From a virus, in the IMG/VR virus record IMGVR_UViG_3300033183_000299, positions 107,508 to 171,507 of that record: 64,000 nucleotides of DNA. One strand, 5' to 3'. The notes below the pieces were generated by a model, which made no database searches, was not told where the DNA came from, and saw nothing but the letters and a program-made list of their open reading frames with translations. Within the stretch, counting starts at the first letter, position 1. Each line of letters starts with the position of its first letter. Position numbers and translations under genes: made by a program. Below are positions 58,301-64,000 of this stretch, piece by piece.

Positions 58301-59552
58301 TCGAGATCATCGCCTCTCGCCTTTCTTCTGCAGGAGACTTCTCTCGAGACTTCTGATCAGCTAGGGCAGTTGCGCCAAAAGTAGACTGTTGAGCCAAGGA
58401 CCTACAGGCCTGTTCTGAGATTTGCTTCTCGATTGAATCAAAGGCAGACATTATCTCGCTTGCTAGAGAATCAATAACTTGACTGTTCCCTGACCCTAAT
58501 TGCGACTCCAATAGGCACTCAAGACCAGCTTTCGTCTCATCAAAGTCACCAAGATCTCCATAATCTACAATATATTTTGGATAAAACCTCTCTAGTGTAA
58601 AGTCTAGCCAAGGCTTGGTTTCTTTGGCTGTAATGTCATTGATGACTAAATCTAGATTTTTCATGAAGTTGTACACAACTCTCATGGATGGCTTGCGTAA
58701 AATACTTCCCCTAGGGACAGGTAGCTTTACATACTTATCGCAACCATCATCGGAAAGTACCATGATTTTTTTTAAATCAAAATCTCTTCCACTTGACTTA
58801 AAAATGAACTTTAGCTTCACAGCGCGCTTAGCCTTGAATACGCCTGTGTTTCCAATTTTCTGATATCCTTTATTTTTCAACAAGTCAGATAGTTCGTCCT
58901 GAAATTGCTTGATCTTCTTCTTTGCTGACTTGTAGTTGATTCTAAGTGTCTCATTATTTTGCTGTCGTATCACAAAACCAGCGCCCGTCTTGACTGCGGA
59001 TGAGTAGTATAAGCCATAAGTCCCCAAGGCCACTCTTAATTGCCTTAGCTTTCTTTTCAGACCTTGGACTTCTAATAATATTTCTCCACCAGAATCAAAT
59101 GTTTCTGAATCGTCATTGGATGCATCTTCACTATCGTTTCCTGGGATTTGATCAAAATTGAACGCTGGTACTCCCACAAGGTATGCTGGTCCCAATACCC
59201 TAGACTCAAGATTAACGTATTTATCGACAACAAAAGCAGCATTTAAAAGTTGTTGACGAGTTCCATTATTCAAAGGCTTATCTAAGTCGACCAAGATTCT
59301 CTCGACAGCCAAATTTAGAATATCAACTTCCTCACCTGTGTCAACTTCACTTTCATAAACTCTAACGTGATATTCGCAAACACTCTTGTTTAAGTAGGCC
59401 TCTTCGATGTCCGACCAATGTGGAGCAGGTAGTTTCCAATTTGGATCAACCTGGCATGTCGGGCATAACCTCTCGTCTATCGGCTTGATGACCTCTTGAG
59501 TATCACACTCGCTATTTTGAAAGTCTGAATATTTCTTTTCTATCTCAGCCAT
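52344..59552 (-). CDS. Very large (2402 aa) hypothetical virion protein
   Basis: Long ORF between the spike candidate and gp25. Helical, central coiled coil, scattered Cys. Confidence 0.7.
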   Translation of the reverse strand: MAEIEKKYSDFQNSECDTQEVIKPIDERLCPTCQVDPNWKLPAPHWSDIEEAYLNKSVCEYHVRVYESEVDTGEEVDILNLAVERILVDLDKPLNNGTRQQLLNAAFVVDKYVNLESRVLGPAYLVGVPAFNFDQIPGNDSEDASNDDSETFDSGGEILLEVQGLKRKLRQLRVALGTYGLYYSSAVKTGAGFVIRQQNNETLRINYKSAKKKIKQFQDELSDLLKNKGYQKIGNTGVFKAKRAVKLKFIFKSSGRDFDLKKIMVLSDDGCDKYVKLPVPRGSILRKPSMRVVYNFMKNLDLVINDITAKETKPWLDFTLERFYPKYIVDYGDLGDFDETKAGLECLLESQLGSGNSQVIDSLASEIMSAFDSIEKQISEQACRSLAQQSTFGATALADQKSREKSPAEERREAMISRYKKEYENKAYNYLIDSVTRYYEEYAPNEGIKKVNRDNVFKYLEEVYVDNVFLIKFDYTNIEGEKKTYIKSDPLESNEDIERNKTQFAVDKFGLLEGGSFSNQIQNSPHFQEAMDAANEVIENFEDTYVKVVKDAIENRSELDIIDVIPAIGICGMSKIAGKALNCIANGVSFDDFLDILIEKTFDFMEVNTFGLFLNGLPASFREELNKTIEEQFGNGVDITSLIGIKLAEGSGQTMKDFVKSKSKAYRVLDIFTQKWTDFGLESFIDSLTEEEEQYVAGVIGPHSSGALTESAWAKIYKLMTSLGWDKQTATFLLDDDGEGNVYRKKIGSKDAELKKIKPKKYMLQSIKYYAREYKKSQSSFRQALDRVTSSIITETISGVRGVFEEKREIQDQVDNLNALIEAERKLLDDVFRDTTFNEDGTISDFALNKREKLELTRKSAERIVDYKRLKEDLESQLDGYIEKGVDREIAELEERFKSLIEQGKQEVTQSASEILRSIDELYQKSLETSLQSVVQALEPIGEFSRDLAETTTENFSQALDSSVITGEELNDFERVAESFKETALGVKVDAVFDVIFDFAIESILDYFSIDDLFERLRSYPAVDFALDKVEQLLLSPCPIAPVIYPPAGDFMKSLSVDVCDPTVSLAFPKLIVPNINFRFKIEYQFNEIFREAIIKLVSELAISLLKRLMFTLESSLCNLVEAAGGIVADGLRGNLKGSFYRALNEAFCNDGEDLATSRSKAEQLAEALFAPLSFDEGADYENAGSKVANIISSVASTEEFLEAMVARDGEENSQFNKRISNAVNALAPEMNVLLGDPNQVAFFFKSLGSFLPSEERNRIRDMLDAGVPNLPISQAICLTSDQLNEWNNLREGLLGDMGFRPAEDYVKKLNDATLDALETLMDDVGNLQTDGPFYGSATNEVLKDVCNPNNLFNDVSTSQVDRDQSDELVEGFFDNISRSLTIGFFTRGGLLAEAMRDTTGRREFARSFQKIFRINYSNTQEERDLKFNTSGKFKQILMNIGYDDADGAPGLYPETVGLKQREEILSDSGTVYNFSRVKRGRKTSKNIVYRYVDEQDGFSYKQIVSVSNLRAPKKTFGYNLQVLENINDTEDVLEVNINTPVDILEGEEKYLQDNGFMYRGNQKQDIRKAAFNRIMKNKIPLNKDFSEIYEDLFETSNKKMIEALLTNYESEDGLPTGYKFGYVTDDLTRDSFEYTPSENEGELGTFASERIIPLDPAIYGGNYNNPPYYVEPRKFFGWLELATNAFDSQEGCEPKTPPMLSFKDIKDRVKNLDASLRNDPRLSKSPDCVSVKPFHLLLDAKNKAKLDGVIRTTIRTYLAEFFMKGYGLFSNLQIRGENFDDSMMFYIVKKMQTEMSDLGVRTSNKKVRIVRERYWYTFLEQCVEAYQRMIDVDGIEAPESVMNSLNRIQLGLDKYRVVDKEMKKRLRKEIENINLARPPSSYDPIEEINKGMLYHVAMAVDFRLAKEDERETFFDGSSANVKVKASTIRYANVKKLQFFQKIYFIKLFEREAINVMKELIRSELDRLSQNVIDGPTDKPYYFDLYKSFFGMKSFFPDSTSKVGLNSYYLGKQTGNVKVGKIPELSDNNINLPIEKSDEIQFILQSYVRLEDKESGDVPDAISFRDNKYRGAISLKNMSEFVSLNLNDLDDVMLSDCFGDLSFTYTGSFKKLMDKGFATNNSILRLSELNSEIEYGVFAGGLSSYLASRDFEDFQVSYDESFLLDGETPQPTGVIGSTGVKYGLRLSIVVPEDYFSEEEMEQLRSDSAFMQLSKREKSFLFDDGGIMIPLSSAEIDVVDSTFEQFDPYSGIERYDLECLINKIVDQPGFTVMFDKILNFRQASSMLAIYCMETLPASFGRGEGERVEEDPDIPEFDGTINKFGKNFLRREFKSLYLSNTADGLSPDEDDDDSDFMSLIKLNNPFDSFALPAVKLPWWMKRRMQTKIYDANGQECADPEKDLQ

Positions 59553-59561
59553 TGCGTACCT

Positions 59562-60593
59562 CTATGTTGTGAAAACGTATTTACTGTTTATGTAGTCTGA
59601 TCCAAAGTTCTCGTTTAGATAGTTTATCTTGATTGATTCAAGATTCTTATTGAAAAGTTGTCGTGAAGCTATTGATAGCCCAGTTTTTGTCTGAATGAAG
59701 CCAGTGGTTGGAGTATATGTGGAAGGTGCCGCAGCGACTGGAATATGTGGAGGCACTGGTAGTGGAGCTACCAGGTGAGTGTGAGCAGCCAAAGCTAAAT
59801 CCATCTTTTGTATCATGGAGGTATTATCTCCAACTAGTGCTGAGAGCTCCTGTATGGCTCTTACAATGTCTCCAAGACATTCCGATAGGTTATCCCCCTT
59901 TGGAATTGGTTGAAGCTTTCTACGGGTATTTTTGGCCTTATTAAAGGGGTTTAAAATATTGAATGAAAGCCTCTGTTCTTCTTCCGTATAATTTCCTGCG
60001 ATTAAAGAGATTGTTCCGACCGTCTCATTACGACCTCCGTTGGAAAGCTTTTCCCCATCTTTCCCAACACCTTCAAATCTTGCGCGACCTGTAACAATCT
60101 TGATGTCGTTTCTTGAGTGTATACGGATAGTATCAGCCTTTAAGCCAATGGCTGATCTTCCGGGTGATGCTTGATTTGGAACCTCTGCTAGTCCCATATA
60201 TTTATCAATATCTGCTTTTTGAGAAATGTACACTCTTGCAGCATCCATAGCAAAATTTGGGTTAACAATCGTTTCTTCATTGGGCGGGCCGTAAGAGCCA
60301 TCCTTGTGTCTGTAGGATGATCCGGCACCGACTATTAAATCGATACGACCAGCTTGAGTCGCTCCTCTCCCGCCATATCCAGAATATAGGTTTCCAGGGC
60401 GGTCACGACCTAAAATAATAAAGGAATTGTTATCTCCAGATATTGTCTTTTCAGTTGACCCTCTTTCCAATGTTGGAATTGCTTCATCAATTGGCTTTTG
60501 AGCTATACCTTGGCGTTTACCAGCTTTTTTATTTTTGGCTACCTGTGCTTTATTTAAAACCTTTGTCTGGTCTTGTATTGGTTTTGAGGTCAT
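59562..60593 (-). CDS. Putative baseplate hub/central spike protein
   Basis: Beta-rich (ILGRDRP, ARVYISQ, IGLKADTIRI) with a C-terminal AHTH (HxH) motif. Confidence 0.55.
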   Translation of the reverse strand: MTSKPIQDQTKVLNKAQVAKNKKAGKRQGIAQKPIDEAIPTLERGSTEKTISGDNNSFIILGRDRPGNLYSGYGGRGATQAGRIDLIVGAGSSYRHKDGSYGPPNEETIVNPNFAMDAARVYISQKADIDKYMGLAEVPNQASPGRSAIGLKADTIRIHSRNDIKIVTGRARFEGVGKDGEKLSNGGRNETVGTISLIAGNYTEEEQRLSFNILNPFNKAKNTRRKLQPIPKGDNLSECLGDIVRAIQELSALVGDNTSMIQKMDLALAAHTHLVAPLPVPPHIPVAAAPSTYTPTTGFIQTKTGLSIASRQLFNKNLESIKINYLNENFGSDYINSKYVFTT

Positions 60594-60602
60594 GGCTATC
60601 TC

Positions 60603-61724
60603 TTAAAGTTTTTTTGCTACTCTTTCTCTAAAGGCTTTCATATCAAAAGCAGGTCCAGGATCACTTTTATCGGACTGGATGTCGCTATGTCCTACGATTG
60701 CATTTTGATCTAGACTATATTTTTTTAATAATTCAGCGCATATGTCGGCACATTTAGACAATGAAGTTTCCTCGTAAGGTTCCCACTTCTTGGTGCTAGA
60801 TCCATTAGGTGTTTTTCCAGATATCCAATTTGACTTTGCTGTGACTCCATCTCGCTCAAAGCCCGCGTTCATAATACATATCCCAATGCTATTTGAATTA
60901 TTCACTTTTGAATTTCCTTTAGCATGCCACACTATTTTTTCAGGATCTGCACTATTGAAGAAGGTCCCATTTCTACCTATCATATAGTGGTATCCATAAT
61001 CTGTATTTCTATTTTCATATTTCAATACAGATTCTTTGCCTCCAAATGCTGCGCTGTAGTGTATAACTATGTACTTCACATCTTTTGATCGATCACCCTT
61101 TATGTTTGAAGATTTTCCATTAGCTGTTGCAGCATCTGCAGCGGTGTTGTCCCCTAGCAATGTTGCATTTGCCCAATCAGCAGACAATATGGTTTCAACT
61201 CCGTCTATTGTGGCTAAATCAAGAAAGCTAATCTCTATCTGTGTTCCTTGAGGTTTCATGAATCTGAGGCCTTTGAAGTCTGAATTCTGTATAGATCCCT
61301 GTTCAAAGTAGCAGTCCAAAATTTGACCAAATTGAATGGGGTCCGTATCTTTGAATTCAAAATCTGATCTCGCCATAAACGTTGAGGCATGAAGAGATAT
61401 TATTTTATTTATTGTGTCTGGGTCATTGGATGCTCTAGGGTCTGGTAGAATATTTCCAAAATCAGCGAGGGGCCTAACGACAACGCTCAAGAATTGATTT
61501 GAATTAATAGCATCCTCAGAATCTGTACCGGCTCCGGAGCCATCTTCTGTTCTAATTCCGGATAGACAAACAGCTTTGAAAATACCGTCAGTTGCGGTAC
61601 TCATAGCGTTATCATAAAAGCTATCCATTATATTCGACATTGTATAGTCGAACATTTCGGACGAATTATTAACCATTTGCTTGTATAGATATGGGTTGTT
61701 GAATGACTTCTTAAACTTAGCCAC
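60603..61724 (-). CDS. N-acetylmuramoyl-L-alanine amidase (Amidase_2) with N-terminal extension
   Basis: YIVIHYS, YHYMIG, VWHA.G, NSIGI, VGHSD, K.DPG motifs. Confidence 0.85.
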   Translation of the reverse strand: MAKFKKSFNNPYLYKQMVNNSSEMFDYTMSNIMDSFYDNAMSTATDGIFKAVCLSGIRTEDGSGAGTDSEDAINSNQFLSVVVRPLADFGNILPDPRASNDPDTINKIISLHASTFMARSDFEFKDTDPIQFGQILDCYFEQGSIQNSDFKGLRFMKPQGTQIEISFLDLATIDGVETILSADWANATLLGDNTAADAATANGKSSNIKGDRSKDVKYIVIHYSAAFGGKESVLKYENRNTDYGYHYMIGRNGTFFNSADPEKIVWHAKGNSKVNNSNSIGICIMNAGFERDGVTAKSNWISGKTPNGSSTKKWEPYEETSLSKCADICAELLKKYSLDQNAIVGHSDIQSDKSDPGPAFDMKAFRERVAKKL

Positions 61725-62008
61725 TATTTGTCCTCCGAATCTTGGATTTGATCAAAGATTTGAGCAAAGTCCGCGTCGGTCAACTCCTCTGTCTTTTCAT
61801 TCTTGGATAACAATCCGCAAAGCTTGACAAGCTGTTCATTTGATCGCTGCAAGGTTTCAACGTACTTCGCAAGTGTTTGACCTATGTCTCTATGTCGAGA
61901 TTGATCGACAGCCAAATAGCGCATAGCATCATCGAGAAGTTCACGAGTTGTTTCGCGATCTTCTCGAATGTTCTCTATTGCTTCATCTATAATTTTCTTA
62001 CTGCTCAT
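61724..62008 (-). CDS. Hypothetical helical protein
   Basis: 94 aa, late motif 5 nt upstream. Confidence 0.6.
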   Translation of the reverse strand: MSSKKIIDEAIENIREDRETTRELLDDAMRYLAVDQSRHRDIGQTLAKYVETLQRSNEQLVKLCGLLSKNEKTEELTDADFAQIFDQIQDSEDK

Positions 62009-62013
62009 GCTAA

Positions 62014-62021
62014 TAATTAGT
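62014..62021 (-). promoter_or_regulatory. Putative late promoter ACTAATTA heading the tail block
   Basis: Motif directly after the sigma factor stop codon. Confidence 0.6.
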
Positions 62022-62025
62022 TAAA

Positions 62026-62718
62026 TTAAATATTTCCATTGTCCCAATCTTTTCTAAAGTCTCTATATCGGGATCTCATTTTATTAAGCTGAACGACGAT
62101 TTGTTTTGTATTCATTCCTGTTAATTCTCGAAGATAGAGGTAGATGGCTTTCTTGTTAAATATTTCAATTTGATCTGCTGATTCGAACAGGACCATGACT
62201 GCATCGTATACTTTCTTTTCAGACTCTTTTGAAAAGTCGGGCTCCCAAGATTCCATTTCCTTTTTTAGGTTGGCCATCAGTTCTTTCCGAACAGTTTGAT
62301 CTTGAAAGCTTTCCGCTTTGTCGAGAAGGTCTCTTTCAAGATCATAATCGACGGCCTCAAAAGATACTTCTCTCTCAAGACGCTTTTTGTTCTTCTTGAC
62401 TTTGTGAATAAACCAGTTCTTTGTGACGACTGAGAAGTAAGAAAAAGCCTTGTGTCCCTTGTTGGGGTCAAACTTCGCCAAAATAGTAACGAGCCAACCT
62501 TTACACTCTTCTCTCAGATCATCAATATCAGGTAAGGTTGTAAAGCGATAAGTGAACACAATTTTGTCCACCATTTGTGAAAATGCTGGTTGAATGAGTG
62601 TTTCATAAAGCTCTTCCTTTTTCCTGAAATTATCTGTGTTGCAATATTCAATTATTGCGTTTTCGTGTACCTGCGTAAAGTACATGTTTTTCTTTTTCGC
62701 TTTCCTCTTCCTCGGCAT
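62026..62718 (-). CDS. Phage RNA polymerase sigma factor (probable late sigma)
   Basis: DDL..E.....LAKFDPNKGHKAFSYFSVVTKNW resembles sigma region 2 and gp55-like proteins. Confidence 0.75.
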   Translation of the reverse strand: MPRKRKAKKKNMYFTQVHENAIIEYCNTDNFRKKEELYETLIQPAFSQMVDKIVFTYRFTTLPDIDDLREECKGWLVTILAKFDPNKGHKAFSYFSVVTKNWFIHKVKKNKKRLEREVSFEAVDYDLERDLLDKAESFQDQTVRKELMANLKKEMESWEPDFSKESEKKVYDAVMVLFESADQIEIFNKKAIYLYLRELTGMNTKQIVVQLNKMRSRYRDFRKDWDNGNI

Positions 62719-63031
62719 CTTCTTCCTCTGCTATTTCATATTCGATAGGTTCTGTTATTGAAGAGACGCTTCCGTATTGCTCTTCAAGCATTACACTTAA
62801 TGCATTCGTATGATCCATTAAGAACTTTAAAGTCTCGTCTCCATAGAATGTATCAAGCTCATAAACCTTCTTTAAGTGCTTTTTATAGTTATCGATAATC
62901 TCGACCAAGTCACCAATGTTGTCTGAGACAACCGCCAAGTCTTTCGACTGCCATGAGGCAAGTCTAAATAAGACGACGTTTGCTACAACAGAAGTCGCAA
63001 GTCCGAGACCCAATAAAATATTAATCTCCAT
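62648..63031 (-). CDS. Membrane-anchored hypothetical protein
   Basis: N-terminal TM. Confidence 0.55.
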   Translation of the reverse strand: MEINILLGLGLATSVVANVVLFRLASWQSKDLAVVSDNIGDLVEIIDNYKKHLKKVYELDTFYGDETLKFLMDHTNALSVMLEEQYGSVSSITEPIEYEIAEEEDAEEEESEKEKHVLYAGTRKRNN

Positions 63032-63278
63032 CGGGCAACTCCACTCTCTTTTTTCGTTCTTCCTTTAGGAGGGCTCTATTTTCCTCTATGGCGCGTTTTA
63101 CTTCGTCACCTACCTTACCACCCTTTGAAGTTCTTTCACGGTGTATGTGAGGCATTTGAGGCACTCTATGGATAGAAGTGGAACAACAGAAGTTACACAT
63201 TCCATACTCTTCCGTCATTCCATGAACTACCTCAAAATACTCGAGACACTCTTTGCACTTGTATGCATATTTAGGCAT
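63021..63278 (-). CDS. FmdB-family zinc-ribbon protein
   Basis: MPKYAYKCKEC...FE...C.FC motif. Confidence 0.75.
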   Translation of the reverse strand: MPKYAYKCKECLEYFEVVHGMTEEYGMCNFCCSTSIHRVPQMPHIHRERTSKGGKVGDEVKRAIEENRALLKEERKKRVELPDGD

Positions 63279-63465
63279 CTTTATCAACCTTTACGCTTTC
63301 AGGTACTTCGAATGTTGGTGGGTTCATGACGACTAGTTGACCCGAGTCATCAACTTGAATTTTAAAGTCCTTAAGAACAGGGACAATATCTGTTTGTTCC
63401 AAGAGGGACTTTTGAAGCGCCATCATAACAGCGCCAATTGCTTGATCTGATAAATTGTGATCCAT
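63271..63465 (-). CDS. Small hypothetical protein
   Basis: 64 aa, AGGAG SD, first gene after an early promoter. Confidence 0.6.
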   Translation of the reverse strand: MDHNLSDQAIGAVMMALQKSLLEQTDIVPVLKDFKIQVDDSGQLVVMNPPTFEVPESVKVDKDA

Positions 63466-63498
63466 AATAAACTCCTATTAAAAAATATCAATAACTTT

Positions 63499-63527
63499 AT
63501 TATAGCACCCAGTTTTACTGTTGTCAA
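63499..63527 (-). promoter_or_regulatory. Early sigma70-type promoter for the sigma-factor operon
   Basis: TTGACA-17 nt-TATAAT with TG extension. Confidence 0.8.
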
Positions 63528-64000
63528 GTATTTTTTAAATTATTTTTCGAAAAACATCTCTCGAGACCTTCCTCAATTGAAACTTGAGGTTGAAAGCCTA
63601 AATCTTTTTCGATCTCACTGATGTCTGCGAGAGTATGTTTCACATCACCTTTTCGTTCTGGGGCGTTGTTCCATTCGACCTCATGACGTTCATTGATAAA
63701 GTTTCTAACATGGTTCATCGAGACTGATGTTCCAGAACCTACGTTGTAAGCTTTTCCTCCAAACCATTTGTTTGACTGCATTGCTAGAATATTTGCAAGA
63801 ACAATGTCATCAACATGAACGAGGTCTCGAGTTTGTTCTCCATCTCCATCCATTCTCAATGGTTTTCCTTGTCGAATCATTTCCATCCATGCACAGATTG
63901 CGGTTGAGTACGAGCCCCCGAAGGCTTGGTCCTCGGAGTAAGCATTGAAGTATCTAAGGCACACCGTATCAAGCCCATAGAGCTCCGAGAATAGCCTACA
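63524..64000 (-). CDS. NAD-dependent epimerase/dehydratase (extended SDR), 5' part outside the window
   Basis: YGLDTVCLRYFNAY, GDGEQTRD.VHV.D, YNVGSG, R.GD...T.AD motifs. Confidence 0.9.
   Translation of the reverse strand, partial: CRLFSELYGLDTVCLRYFNAYSEDQAFGGSYSTAICAWMEMIRQGKPLRMDGDGEQTRDLVHVDDIVLANILAMQSNKWFGGKAYNVGSGTSVSMNHVRNFINERHEVEWNNAPERKGDVKHTLADISEIEKDLGFQPQVSIEEGLERCFSKNNLKNT

Noticed and set aside
1-64000. Alternative genetic code, CRISPR array, rRNA, integrase or transposase
   Set aside because: Core genes are full length in code 11 with TAG, TGA and TAA all used as stops. I saw no spaced direct repeats or such genes by eye.

Overview
A 64-kb segment of a large, T4-like/jumbo contractile-tailed dsDNA bacteriophage. 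Essentially all genes are on the minus strand and use standard code 11. In transcription order (right to left) it contains: an NDP-sugar epimerase; a sigma70-promoter-driven operon ending in a phage sigma factor; a ~34-kb late tail/baseplate block (amidase, HxH spike candidate, 2402-aa protein, gp25, gp6, LamG proteins); a replication/accessory region (RuvC, HIGH-family and Pol-beta-family nucleotidyltransferases, primase, tRNA-Ala, Smr, lipoprotein, SbcD/SbcC); a candidate lysis cassette; terminase, portal, prohead protease; ribosomal protein bS21; and fibre genes. Two promoter classes can be read directly from the sequence: early TTGACA-N17-TGnTAnnnT and late ACTAnTTA. The most notable signals are two homing-endonuclease cassettes inserted in replication/repair genes with no recognisable intron or intein. 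(1) An HNH gene splits an SbcD-SbcC fusion and appends charge-complementary tags (acidic EEIEIDE... and basic MAKKIKLRKKK) that could re-join the halves. (2) An RHH + GIY-YIG cassette truncates the primase gene but carries a replacement promoter and 5' end. Also present are a family of unrelated payloads sharing an MKLTK..LKRIIKEELE leader, an unannotated 19-aa Cys-Cys peptide followed by tandem hairpins, and a face-to-face antisense promoter. Functional calls come from motif recognition only; no searches were run.
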